From the NCBI GenBank assembly GCA_964534375.1, contig CAZHPN010000014.1, positions 1 to 54,367 of the forward strand: 54,367 nucleotides of DNA, written 5' to 3'. The stretch comes from an uncultured bacterium (GTDB lineage Bacteria; Lernaellota; Lernaellaia; Lernaellales; Lernaellaceae). The translations under genes were made by a program, and so were the position numbers. This document shows, in pieces, positions 36,266-46,021 of the stretch. The notes beneath the pieces are model-generated. The model worked only from the letters and a program-made list of their open reading frames with translations. It was not told the origin of the DNA and searched no databases. Each line of letters opens with the position of its first letter. Position 1 is the first letter of the stretch.

Positions 36266-39200
36266 TCACACCTCGCCCAAAGCTTCTTCGTACAGGTTGC
36301 CCGCGCCGTGCGCAACGCCGGCCTCGTCGAGCGCGCGCGCCAGCCGCCGCAGGCGATCGACGCGGATTTCGTACGTGTTGGTCCCGTCCGCCGTATGCCA
36401 CTGCCGCCAATGCTCGGGCGCGGGCAGCACGATGCCGAACGCGGCGGGGTCCTTTTCCAGCGGACATTGCGCGACGACGATGCAGGTCGACAGCGCGCCG
36501 ACGCGGTCGATCAGGTTCGCGTGCCGCCGCACGAATTCGCAGGTCTCGGCGAACGTCGCCTCGGTCTCGCCGGGGAAGCCGACGATCAGGTTGACCAGCG
36601 TCGCCAGGCCCGCCGCCTTCGCGCGCCGCAGCGCCTCGGCCGCCGTCGCCGCGTCGAAGCGTTTGCCCATGCGCGCGAGCACATCATCGGAAAAGCTCTC
36701 GATGCCGAACGACAGGCTGACGCAGCCGGCGCGTTTGAGCAGGACGAAATCGTCGGCCGTCATTTCGCGCCGCGCCAGGCACTGGCCGGTCCAGGCGAAG
36801 CGCTCTTCGGCGGCGATCGCCAGTTCGCAGAAGCGCCGCAGCCGCGCGAGATCGGCGTTGATCAGCAGGTCGTTAAACGAGAAGGCGAAGGCGCCGTGAT
36901 TTTTTTTCATGGCGCGCACGATCGCCAGCAACCGCTCGGGCGACAGTGCGCGGTAGCCGGGCGAAATTTGGTGGTCGTTGCAGAAACGGCATTGATTGAC
37001 GCAGCCGCGGCCGAATTGCAGCGGAAATTGGTTGGTCGCGTAGAGGTGCAAGGGCAGGCCCGCGAAATCCGGCGGCGGCAGCGCGTCGAGATCGCGGATC
37101 GCCTCCGGGGGCGGCGCGACGGCCCAGCGCCCGTTGTCGCGGCCGACGACGCCCGGCAGTTCGGGCGTTCGCCCGCCGTCGATCAGCGCGCGCAAGAGCC
37201 GCGGCAGCGCGGCCTCGCCCTCGCCGCGAATGCAGATATCGGCGACCGGCCCGATCCGCGCGCGGTCGGCGTCCCAATGCACGCCGGGCCCGCCGAGGAT
37301 GACGGTCGTCCGCGGCAGAAGTTTCTTCACGCGCTCGGCAAGCTGCGCGGCGAGCGGCAGGTTCGATTCGTTCGTCGAAAAGCCGATCGCCCGCGGCCGC
37401 AGCCGGCGCACGTCGGCGAGAAAGGCTTTGATCTGCGGCGTAAAGAACGCGACGATCTCCGCGAGGCGCCCGTCAGTCGCCCAATATTTCAGTCGTTCGG
37501 GGTCCCAATACGACGCGAGGTGCTCGCCGCAGTCCGCGCGCCACTCGACGTTCAAGTCGCGCACGACGGTACGCAGGCCTTGCGCCCGCAGGCTGCCGGC
37601 GAGCATCGCCAGGCCGAGCGGCGGAAAATCCACGCCCCACGGCGGCGGAAGCGCGAGCAGGATATCGGGCCGCTCGCCCTCGGCGACGGTCGTCTCGTCG
37701 CCGGCGACCGCGACCTCGGGCAGCGCGCCGCGTTTTTCGTCGTATAGGTTCACCGTGTGCACATCGTGCTCGCGGCCGGCCAGCAGCGTCGTCAACGCGA
37801 GCACGCGCTGGCGCCGCGCCTCGAAGGTGTTGCCGTCGTCGGTATGCCACTTCATCGAGCCTTCGCGATCGGGGAAGCGGATGCCGAAATCCTCGCGCTT
37901 TTCGAACAGCCGGCTGCCCAGATTGATCAGGCACGGCGTGATCGAGGCCACGTTGTCGATGATATCGCCGTGGTCGCGGATGAAATCGTAGGTCTCGCGA
38001 AATTCCTCTTCCGTCTCGCCCAAAAAGCCGACAATAATATTGATATTCGCCTGAATCCCGGCGTTGTGGCAGGCCGTGATCACCGCCGCGGCTTCCTGGC
38101 CCGTGTACGGCTTGTTCATCCCCTTCAGCACTTTGTCCGAAAACGATTCGACGCCGAAGACGAAACTTTCGCAGCCCGCCGCCGCCAGCTTCGCGAACAA
38201 CTCGGGGGTCATTTCCTTGCGGATGACGCCTTGCCCGCCCCAGCGCAATTCGCGCCCGCCGGCGATCAGCAGGTCGCACAGCTTTTCGAGCTCGGAGATG
38301 CTGCCGTTGATCAGCACGTCGTGGAACGTGAAGCGTTTGCGATTGCGGTCCGCGTGCCAGTTCATTTCCGTGGCGACCGACTCGGCCGGCCGGCGGCGAT
38401 ATTTCTGATACAGATGATGATCGTTGCAGAACGAGCAGCGGCGGATGCAGCCTCGGCTGCCCAGGATCGGCACGCCGTCCGCCGCGTATTCTTCCAGGTT
38501 GAAATCTTCGAGCCGCGGCCAATCGACCTCTTCCAGATTCTCGAGGATTTTGCGCGACAGGGCGTCGTAGTCGAATGGCTCCGCAATTCGCACAACGCCC
38601 TCGATTGTCGGCGTTTCTCCCGCCAACAATCCGCGGCACAGCGCGGCGGCCGGCTTCTCGCCTTCGCCGAGCACGAGGTAATCGCACTCGTCGGTTGTCA
38701 GCGAAACGATATCATAACTATTGGTGATGCCCGGACCGCCGAAGACGATCGGGCGGTCCGGCCGCAGGGCCTTGAGTTGGCGGGCGAGCGCGCGCGTGAA
38801 CGAGAAATTGCCCGTGTTCACCGAAAAGCCGAGGATGCGCGCCGGGTGCGCGGCGATCTGGCCGACGTAATGGTGGAACAGATCCCACAGCGCGGCGAGC
38901 GTGTCCTCGAACAGGTCCGGCTCGGTCCAGCGCTTGTACGCCTCCATGCGCCACAGGTTGCGGTCGGGCGCGCGGTTGTAAAATTTGACGTTCAGGTCGA
39001 GGCACTGCGTGGCGATGCCCTGCGCCTGCAGATAGCTCTGCACGTAAGCGATGCCGAGCGGCGGCGCGTCAACGCCCCACACCGGCGCCATCACCAGCAG
39101 CGCATCCACGTCGCGGCGCTCGATCGCCTCGTAGCGCGGCAGGCCCTTGCGCGGATCGACGCTGGGAGCGCCGACGCCCCCGTCGGCGTCGGAAACCGTC

Positions 39201-42200
39201 GGCGACGGCGGTCCGAGATCTGCCGCGCGTTCGTGCAGGTTGCTCACGCGGGCCGGCAGTCCGAGTTCGTCCAAAACTTCGAGCAGGCGGCGGGCGCGAA
39301 TCTGCCGCACGGCCGGCGTGTTCTTGCCGTGGACCCAGCCGGTGTCGGGCGCGCCGCTGGTCGGCACGGCGATGTTGAACGTGTCGCGGTGCTTTTCGAG
39401 CGGGCTGTCCAGCAGCATCAGGCACGTGTTGACGCTGTTTACGCCGTCGATGGTCGCCCGGCAGCGGCGGACGAAATCGAGCGTTTCCGCGAAATCCTCG
39501 TCGGTTTCGTTGGGGAAGCCGACGACGAAGTTGACCATCGTCAGGATGCCCGCGCCATGAATTTGCGCCAGCGCCTTTTCGATGTCGGCGACGCGAAAAC
39601 CCTTGGCCATGCGGCGCAGCACGTTGTCCGAGCCGGCCTCGACGCCGAGGTTGAGCGTCCTGCAGCCGGCGCGCTTCATTTTCGCGAGCAGGCGGTCGGA
39701 CATGTCGCCGCGCGGCGCCGCCAGCGCCAGCCATTCGAGATCGGCGCCGGATTCGATCAGCGCGTCGCACATTTCTTCGAGCGCGGCGAGGTCGCCGTTG
39801 ATCAGTTGGTCGTTGAAGCGAAAGCGCCGCACGCCGTGCAGCTTTTGGTGGCGCAACATTTCCGCCGCGACCTGCCGTCCCGGGCGCTGGCGCAGCGGCC
39901 CCATCGCCTCGTGGTCGTTGCAAAACGCGCAGTGGCCGGTGCAGCCGCGGCTGGCGAGCAGCGGCAATTCGTCGGAGCGGTACGCCGCCAGATCGAAAAA
40001 CGAATAGTCGGGCGGCGCGAGGGCGCCCGGGTCGGGCTCGCGCACCGCGCGCGGCGAGCCGCCCAGGTGCGGGCCGGCGAAGTAATCGACAAACGGCAAC
40101 TGCCGCGGGTCGCCGCCGCGTTCGATGGCCCGCGCCAGGTCGGCGAAGGCGCGCTCGCCCTCGCCATCGACGAACCAATCGACGCTGTCCGGCGGAAAGA
40201 GCCGCCGCGCCTTCGGCGAATCGACGCCGCGGCCGCCGATGACGATGGTGCGCCGCGGGTCCGCCGCTTTGATGCGCTTGCAGACCTCGATCGTGAACGC
40301 GCGGTTCGGCGAATAGACCGAGAAGCCGATGATCGGCCGGCCCGCGGCCAACAGTTGGTCCGCCGCCTGCTGAATGAACGGCTCGAGGTGCGGGCGCAGC
40401 CGCCGCCAATCGGCCAGGTCGGTCCAGTGGCGGAAACTGTCTTCCTCCCAAAAACGTCGCAATTCCGGCGGGCAGCGGCGATAAATTGCGATATTGAAAT
40501 CGAAGACGGCGGGCGTCAGGCCGGCGGCGGCCAGGTTCGCCGCGAGGCTGGCGACGCTGTACGGCGGCATGTCGATGCCCCAGACAGGGCAGATCGCCAG
40601 CGCAATCAGGCCGGCCGGGGCCGGCGGGGCCGGGGCGCCGAGCGCGCGTTCGGTTTTCGCGGTGAGCCGCCGCAGGCCTTCGCGCACGGCGGCGACGCGC
40701 CGTTCGAGCCCGGCCAAGCGCTCGTCGGGCGCGGGTTCTTCGCCGATTTCGTCGCGATTCGAAAACTCGACGGGCACGCCCAGTTCGCGCAGCCGTTCGA
40801 CGAGGCGCGTGCAACGCGCCGCGCGCACCGCGGCGGTCAGTTCGCCGGCGCGCCAATTCTTTTCCCAGCCGGCGTGCGTGCGATCGGGCGGCGCGACGCC
40901 GAATTTTTCGGGCGCGTCGTCGAGTTCCGCGCCCGGCAGCAGCAGCACGCTGTTGACGCTGCGCACGAGCTTGACGATCGGCGCCAGCTCTTCGACGAGT
41001 CGAAGTGTTTGTGCGAAGTCGTCGTCGGTTTCGCCGGGAAAGCCAGCAACCAGATAGAGCACGACTTCGATGCCGGCCGCGTGCGCGTCGCGGCACATTT
41101 GCGCGGCCGTTGCGGCGGCGTAACGTTTTTTCATTGCCGCCAGCACGCGGTCGGAGCCCGATTCGACGCCGAACTCCAAGCGATAGCAGCCGGCCGCGGC
41201 CATTTTCGCGAACTGCGCGGCGGTCAGCGGATGATTCGGACTGGCGCCGGCGGCCCAACGCAATTTCCAGCGGCGTTCGACGATGCCGTCGCAGATTTGC
41301 TCCAGGATTTCCGGCCGGCCGTTGACGATCGGGTCGGCCAGGCCGAGCCATTCCACGCCATGCCGCTCGCGCAAAACGGCCAGTTCCGCCAGCACGGTTT
41401 CTGCCGGTTTCGCGCGGTAGCGCCGCCATTGGCTTCGCACGTTGCAGAATGCGCAGCCGCCGGTGCAGCCGCGCGACCATTCGACGAACAGCGCCGGATC
41501 GCGATAACGCGTCAGGTCGAACGGCCGATAATCGGGCGGCGGCAGCGTCGCCGGAACGAGCGGCTCGGGCGGCTCGCCCGCAACCCACGCGCCGCTTTCG
41601 TCGCGAACGACGGTTCCCGCCAACCCGATAAGGCTTTCGCCACGACGCCGGCGGGCGAGAATTTCGACAAGCGTCTGCTCGCCCTCGCCGACGACAAACG
41701 TGCGCACGGCGCCGCCGCACTGGCGGAAGAAGCGTTCGTGCGCGTCGGGCGTCGCGGCGCCGGGTCCGCCGGCCAGCAGCAACTTATTGGGCGCGAGCCG
41801 CGCGACCTCGCGCGCCAGGATCGCGGCGGCGGCCTCTTTTAATGTGGCCAAACTGAAGCCGACGACCGGCGCCGGATGCGCGGCAATGCGGCCTGCGGCG
41901 TCGCGCAACGCGGCGCCGAACAAGCGCTCGACCTCCGCCGCGTTTTCCCAGACGCGCCCCGCTTCCCATTCCCAAAGTTTTTTCTGGTCGGACGGCGCGG
42001 CGTGATAAAGGTCGATGTTGACGTCTTGCACGTCGATCGCGAAACCGGCGCGCTCGGCCCAGGCCTTCAGCGCGGCGAGGCCAAGCGGAGGGGCGGTCGG
42101 CAGCCACGGCGGCGGCTGCACGAGCAGCGCGTCGGGCTCCTGCTTGGCGTTGACGAAAACCTCGTCGCCGGGCGCGATCGCGTCTTCGCAATGCGCGCAC

Positions 42201-43066
42201 AGGTCGTCGGGCGGCAGGGCCCGGCCGTCCATGCGTTCCAGAAATTTGCGCCGCGCCGGGCCGCGCCAAACCGCGAGCAAGCCGGCGTCGCGCACGTTGC
42301 CCCACGCGCCTTTGCGCCGGTAATCCATGCAGCAGGGGACGACCGTGCCGTCGAACAGCACGTGCGCCATTTCGTACGCCCAGACCGTGCGGCAGCCGTG
42401 CATCGCGGTTTTCCGCACGGGCGGTTTGTCGAAGACTGCGACGTTGCCGGCGCGGCTGATGTAGCCGTCAACAAGGTCGAGGCGCGTTACGCCGACGCCG
42501 CGCCAGTAGTCGGCGATTTCGCGCCATTCCTCGTCGCCGACGTGCGGCCGAACGCGCGTAGCATTGATCATCGCCGCCTGCGGCCCGAAGCGGCGCAGCA
42601 TTTTTTCCACGTGCCGCGTCACCTGCGCGCGCACGCGGTCGAAATCGCCGCGGCCGGTGATCGCGCGGTACGTTTCGGCGCGCGCGGCGTGCAGCGAAAA
42701 GCCCATCCAGGTCAGGCCGGCGTCGAGCAGGCGCTCGCTCAATTCGTCGGTGAGCGCGGCGCCGTTGGAGACGAGGTACAGCTCGGCCTGCGGCAGCGCG
42801 GCCCGCGCGGCGCGGACGCGTTCGACAATTTTCGGATCGAGCAGCGGCTCGTTCATCAGATACAGCATGACGCGCCGCAGCCCCGGAAACGCGGCGATTT
42901 CGGCGAGCAGCGCGGCGAAGGTCGCATTGTCCATGTCGCCCTGCGGCAGCTCGCGGCGGATCAGCGGCTGCGGGCACATGACGCACGCCGAGTTGCAGCG
43001 GCTGGTGGTCTGAATCATCACCGCGCGCGGATAGGCCAGCGTCGCGAGCGCCTCGCGCGGGTTCAT
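36266..43066 (-). CDS. Giant (~2266 aa) multi-module radical SAM protein: one SPASM/twitch-type rSAM plus four cobalamin-binding rSAM modules
   Basis: Five CxxxCxxC motifs (CNSACVMC, CTGGCAFC, CTGHCAFC, CIRRCSFC, CVNQCRFC). Each of the last four has PPLG/PPYS, GEGE, G[V/I]E[S/A].SD.VL and GF.[G/N]ET motifs. ATG overlaps the upstream stop. Confidence 0.9.
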   Translation of the reverse strand: MNPREALATLAYPRAVMIQTTSRCNSACVMCPQPLIRRELPQGDMDNATFAALLAEIAAFPGLRRVMLYLMNEPLLDPKIVERVRAARAALPQAELYLVSNGAALTDELSERLLDAGLTWMGFSLHAARAETYRAITGRGDFDRVRAQVTRHVEKMLRRFGPQAAMINATRVRPHVGDEEWREIADYWRGVGVTRLDLVDGYISRAGNVAVFDKPPVRKTAMHGCRTVWAYEMAHVLFDGTVVPCCMDYRRKGAWGNVRDAGLLAVWRGPARRKFLERMDGRALPPDDLCAHCEDAIAPGDEVFVNAKQEPDALLVQPPPWLPTAPPLGLAALKAWAERAGFAIDVQDVNIDLYHAAPSDQKKLWEWEAGRVWENAAEVERLFGAALRDAAGRIAAHPAPVVGFSLATLKEAAAAILAREVARLAPNKLLLAGGPGAATPDAHERFFRQCGGAVRTFVVGEGEQTLVEILARRRRGESLIGLAGTVVRDESGAWVAGEPPEPLVPATLPPPDYRPFDLTRYRDPALFVEWSRGCTGGCAFCNVRSQWRRYRAKPAETVLAELAVLRERHGVEWLGLADPIVNGRPEILEQICDGIVERRWKLRWAAGASPNHPLTAAQFAKMAAAGCYRLEFGVESGSDRVLAAMKKRYAAATAAQMCRDAHAAGIEVVLYLVAGFPGETDDDFAQTLRLVEELAPIVKLVRSVNSVLLLPGAELDDAPEKFGVAPPDRTHAGWEKNWRAGELTAAVRAARCTRLVERLRELGVPVEFSNRDEIGEEPAPDERLAGLERRVAAVREGLRRLTAKTERALGAPAPPAPAGLIALAICPVWGIDMPPYSVASLAANLAAAGLTPAVFDFNIAIYRRCPPELRRFWEEDSFRHWTDLADWRRLRPHLEPFIQQAADQLLAAGRPIIGFSVYSPNRAFTIEVCKRIKAADPRRTIVIGGRGVDSPKARRLFPPDSVDWFVDGEGERAFADLARAIERGGDPRQLPFVDYFAGPHLGGSPRAVREPDPGALAPPDYSFFDLAAYRSDELPLLASRGCTGHCAFCNDHEAMGPLRQRPGRQVAAEMLRHQKLHGVRRFRFNDQLINGDLAALEEMCDALIESGADLEWLALAAPRGDMSDRLLAKMKRAGCRTLNLGVEAGSDNVLRRMAKGFRVADIEKALAQIHGAGILTMVNFVVGFPNETDEDFAETLDFVRRCRATIDGVNSVNTCLMLLDSPLEKHRDTFNIAVPTSGAPDTGWVHGKNTPAVRQIRARRLLEVLDELGLPARVSNLHERAADLGPPSPTVSDADGGVGAPSVDPRKGLPRYEAIERRDVDALLVMAPVWGVDAPPLGIAYVQSYLQAQGIATQCLDLNVKFYNRAPDRNLWRMEAYKRWTEPDLFEDTLAALWDLFHHYVGQIAAHPARILGFSVNTGNFSFTRALARQLKALRPDRPIVFGGPGITNSYDIVSLTTDECDYLVLGEGEKPAAALCRGLLAGETPTIEGVVRIAEPFDYDALSRKILENLEEVDWPRLEDFNLEEYAADGVPILGSRGCIRRCSFCNDHHLYQKYRRRPAESVATEMNWHADRNRKRFTFHDVLINGSISELEKLCDLLIAGGRELRWGGQGVIRKEMTPELFAKLAAAGCESFVFGVESFSDKVLKGMNKPYTGQEAAAVITACHNAGIQANINIIVGFLGETEEEFRETYDFIRDHGDIIDNVASITPCLINLGSRLFEKREDFGIRFPDREGSMKWHTDDGNTFEARRQRVLALTTLLAGREHDVHTVNLYDEKRGALPEVAVAGDETTVAEGERPDILLALPPPWGVDFPPLGLAMLAGSLRAQGLRTVVRDLNVEWRADCGEHLASYWDPERLKYWATDGRLAEIVAFFTPQIKAFLADVRRLRPRAIGFSTNESNLPLAAQLAERVKKLLPRTTVILGGPGVHWDADRARIGPVADICIRGEGEAALPRLLRALIDGGRTPELPGVVGRDNGRWAVAPPPEAIRDLDALPPPDFAGLPLHLYATNQFPLQFGRGCVNQCRFCNDHQISPGYRALSPERLLAIVRAMKKNHGAFAFSFNDLLINADLARLRRFCELAIAAEERFAWTGQCLARREMTADDFVLLKRAGCVSLSFGIESFSDDVLARMGKRFDAATAAEALRRAKAAGLATLVNLIVGFPGETEATFAETCEFVRRHANLIDRVGALSTCIVVAQCPLEKDPAAFGIVLPAPEHWRQWHTADGTNTYEIRVDRLRRLARALDEAGVAHGAGNLYEEALGEV

Positions 43067-44751
43067 GCGGCCTCCGCCGTCGCCAGGAACGGGCCGATCG
43101 CCAGGTGGCGGAAGCCCGCGGCGCGGAACGCGCGGATCGCGTCGGCGGGCGACATCACGATCGGCTCTTCGTGCATGTTGAAGCTGGTGTTGAGCAAGAT
43201 CGGCGCGCCCGCGCGGCGCTCGAACGCGGCGAGGATCGCGTGTTCGTCGGGGCAATCGGCGCGGCGAACGACCTGCGGCCGCGCGGTGCCGTCGACGTGC
43301 ACGCAGCCGGGCGCGAGCCGTTTCATTTTCGGCGTGCAGGCGAAACACATCGTCATGAACCGCGCCGCGTCGCGTGCGCCGTCGAGGCCGACGAACAGTT
43401 GCTCGGCCGCTTCTTCCGCGACGGCCGGCGCAAACGGCATGAACTCCGAGCGCCCGAGCCGCTTGTTGAGCCAGTCGTTGGCGCTCGGGTCGTCGGGCCG
43501 GTAGTAAATCGACCGATGGCCGAGCGCGCGCGGGCCGTATTCCATCGCGCCGGTGAAGCGCGGCACGGCCTCGCCGGCGGCCAGCAAATCGGCCACGGCC
43601 TCGGCGATGTCGGCCGGCCGCTCGTGGCGCAGGCCCGCGGCGGCAAGTTCGGCGCGGATCGTTTCGTCATCGTAGGCCGCGCCGAGATAAACAGACGGCA
43701 GCGGCGCCGGCGGCCTGCCCGCCAACCCGAGCGCCGCGCCCGCCGCCAAACCGCCGTCGCTCATGTGCGGAAAAACGCTGACCGCCGCGACGCCCGGCGT
43801 TTCGCGAATGCGCTGGTTGAGTTTGACGTTCTCGAAAATGCCGCCGGCCAGCGCGACCTGCGGCACGCCCGTTTGCGCAACCCAGTAGGCGACAAACGCC
43901 GTCATCGCCTCGTCGAGCGCGCGCTGGCAGCCGGCAGCCACATCGTACATGCACTCCGCCCACAGGTGGCGGTGCCACCCCAACCGCGGATGATGCTTCA
44001 GCGGGCAGCCCAGCGTCGAAAAGCCCGGGGCGACGAAACGAAGCTGCTTGCGGAACTGCGGCGCCAGGCGCTCCGCGTCGCCGTACGCGGCGAGGCCCGT
44101 GACCTTCCCCTCGTGCTGCAGCGGCGTGAAACCGAGCATTGCGGTGACGCGGCTGTAATACGGATTCAGCGCCGCAAGCCCCGATTGCGCGAACACGCGC
44201 TCGACGCGGCCGTCCGGGCGGCCGACGCTGACCGTCGCCGTGACGCCGTCGCCCATCGCATCGGCGGTGACGATCGTCGCGCGCTCGAACGGCCCGCAAC
44301 GAAACGCCGCCTCGGCGTGCGCCTGATGGTGCTCGCACATGTCCACCGGGCAGCGAAAGCCCAATTCTCGCAGGCGCGTTTCGACCAGGCGTCGCGAAAG
44401 CCAACGGTCGAGCCGATATGGCCAGCCCAGCCGGCGCGCGGCGACTTGATAATAAATGTAGAGATTGAACAGCAACCCGAATTGTCCCGAACCGGCCTTG
44501 GCGCGGCGGTGAAATTCCGGCGCGCGGCGCAAAAAATAGCTCGGGGTGATTTCGCCGGCGACGACGACGCGGTCGATTTCGGCCGGCGCGAGGCCGCCGA
44601 GCCGCAACGTCTCGGCGATGGCGCGCGCGGGAAAGCCCGCGGCGTTCTTTTCGCGAACGATCCGCTCTTCGTTGACCGCAGCGACGAGTCGGCCGTCAAT
44701 GACCAACGCCGCGCCCGCGTTGTGATTGTCGCTGACGCCCAGAACCCTCAT
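43063..44751 (-). CDS. Carbamoyltransferase (NodU/CmcH/TobZ family)
   Basis: HNAGAAL, NEERIVREK, EHHQAHA, DAMGDG, EGKVTGLAAYG, EYGPRALGHRS, HVDGTARPQ, LNTSFNMHEEPIV. Confidence 0.93.
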   Translation of the reverse strand: MRVLGVSDNHNAGAALVIDGRLVAAVNEERIVREKNAAGFPARAIAETLRLGGLAPAEIDRVVVAGEITPSYFLRRAPEFHRRAKAGSGQFGLLFNLYIYYQVAARRLGWPYRLDRWLSRRLVETRLRELGFRCPVDMCEHHQAHAEAAFRCGPFERATIVTADAMGDGVTATVSVGRPDGRVERVFAQSGLAALNPYYSRVTAMLGFTPLQHEGKVTGLAAYGDAERLAPQFRKQLRFVAPGFSTLGCPLKHHPRLGWHRHLWAECMYDVAAGCQRALDEAMTAFVAYWVAQTGVPQVALAGGIFENVKLNQRIRETPGVAAVSVFPHMSDGGLAAGAALGLAGRPPAPLPSVYLGAAYDDETIRAELAAAGLRHERPADIAEAVADLLAAGEAVPRFTGAMEYGPRALGHRSIYYRPDDPSANDWLNKRLGRSEFMPFAPAVAEEAAEQLFVGLDGARDAARFMTMCFACTPKMKRLAPGCVHVDGTARPQVVRRADCPDEHAILAAFERRAGAPILLNTSFNMHEEPIVMSPADAIRAFRAAGFRHLAIGPFLATAEAA

Positions 44752-44824
44752 TGGCGAAAATGTACCTTGTCGGGGCGCCGGCGTCCAGCGATGCGAGATT
44801 TTAAGGAGACGGCGAAGAGAGAAT

Positions 44825-44854
44825 CTCACGCGGAGAACGCGGAGTCGCGGAGAA
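44825..44854. repeat. Short-repeat element CACGCGGAGAACGCGGAGTCGCGGAG
   Basis: Read directly; inverted relative at 4756-4785. Confidence 0.7.
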
Positions 44855-45060
44855 TATCTGACGGAGCGCCATTTCAGGAGCGATTCGGGGCCAACGACGC
44901 TGGTTTCGCGATCGCAAGCCAGCCACGATCTTGCACTGCGGCTCGCGACGCGGCATTCTGGCGCCGAAGAAAACAACCGATTGATCTTCCGAGTGGCTGT
45001 GGTCCGAGGCGTCGCGGAAGGTCTGCCGAGCGCTGCGGATCACGATGACGGAGGGGTGCG

Positions 45061-45165
45061 ATGGCGACACGGATCACGATGCTGACAGTGAAAAACTTTC
45101 GCAGCTTAACGGAAGTGACCGTTGAACTGTCGCCACTAAATGTTCTGAACGGACCAAACGGCTCA
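45061..45165 (+). pseudogene. 5' remnant of an SMC/RecF/AAA_21-like ATPase gene
   Basis: RBS GGAGG; ITMLTVKNFRSLTEVTVELSPLNVLNGPNGS, with similarity ending in the middle of Walker A (no GKS). Confidence 0.65.
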
Positions 45166-45370
45166 GCGCCCGTCACGCCTACCTCATCTGCGGCGTCCGT
45201 CAGAGTGGAATCCGAATCGGCCCTCTCGGGCCGCATCCGCGCTGGCTTAAGCGTGCCTGTTCGGGCGCGACCCCTCCCCAACCTGCCTGCGCCACGGCTG
45301 CGGCGGGCGGGCGTCCCCTCGGCGGGAACCGATGTCTCCCGGGTGGGGTCTGCGCGGACGAAAACGATTT

Positions 45371-45805
45371 CTACCGGAAGAACTCCGCTACGTTTTCCGG
45401 CGAGGCCCACGCCGTAAAGGCGTCGAGGTCGGGAAAAACGAGCCGCGAGTAAAGGCGAATGACCCAATTCAGCCGCATCGGCGAGATGGTGATGATCGGA
45501 ATCTCCGCTTGCCGCGCGATTTCCATCTCGACGGCCGTGCCGAGCGACGCAACAGGCAGATAGGCGATCATCCCCCGGCTCTGGCGGACCAATTCCAGGT
45601 GGCCGAAAAACACGCGCCGCGCGTCGTCATCGTCGTAAAGCACCGACGAGCGATGCTCTTCCACGGGGCAAAAAACCCGCAATCCGGGAACCTGGCGCGC
45701 GAGGATATTCTTGATATGCTCGCGGTAATCCTGCGAATGGACCGATTGCTCCTGGATCGAGCCCTGGATCACGCCGCCGAGGAAGAAATCGTAGAGCTTC
45801 GTCAT
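45371..45805 (-). CDS. Nucleoside 2-deoxyribosyltransferase-like protein
   Basis: FFLGG, VFCP, IAYLPVASLGTAVEMEIA....IPIITI. Confidence 0.7.
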   Translation of the reverse strand: MTKLYDFFLGGVIQGSIQEQSVHSQDYREHIKNILARQVPGLRVFCPVEEHRSSVLYDDDDARRVFFGHLELVRQSRGMIAYLPVASLGTAVEMEIARQAEIPIITISPMRLNWVIRLYSRLVFPDLDAFTAWASPENVAEFFR

Positions 45806-45829
45806 CGCCACGCACCGGCCGCACGGGAA

Positions 45830-45857
45830 GGAAAAAGGAAAAAGGAAAAAGGAAAAA
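45830..45857. repeat. (GGAAAAA)4 heptamer array
   Basis: Read directly; inverted relative to 46406-46447. Confidence 0.9.
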
Positions 45858-45984
45858 GTGCGGCCCACACGTCAACAAAGATGCGTCTCCCGTGCGAGTA
45901 CGAGTTGTTCATAAAGGAAAAAGGCAAAAGTGCGGCCCACACGTCAACAAAGAGACGGCCCGTGCCTGTAAACGAGTTGTTCAT
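45841..45984. repeat. Two tandem 72-bp imperfect direct repeats
   Basis: 45841-45912 and 45913-45984 share aaaagtgcggcccacacgtcaacaaaga ... acgagttgttcat. Confidence 0.85.
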
Positions 45985-46021
45985 GGACGTTTGCCCGCCT
46001 CCGAGAACGAAATATGGCGAA

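Noticed and set aside
37757..41842. 1361-aa plus-strand ORF and many other long overlapping ORFs (e.g. 31567-33792, 15633-17201, 39069-41720)
   Set aside because: These are antisense or alternate-frame shadows of well-supported genes, expected in high-GC DNA, and carry no recognisable motifs
43067..43348. N-terminal extension making the giant rSAM 2360 aa
   Set aside because: It overlaps the carbamoyltransferase in another frame; the ATGA coupling at 43066 is the better start
45841..45984. Possible CRISPR mini-array
   Set aside because: Only two units, the variable part is short and still partly similar between units, and there are no cas genes in the window
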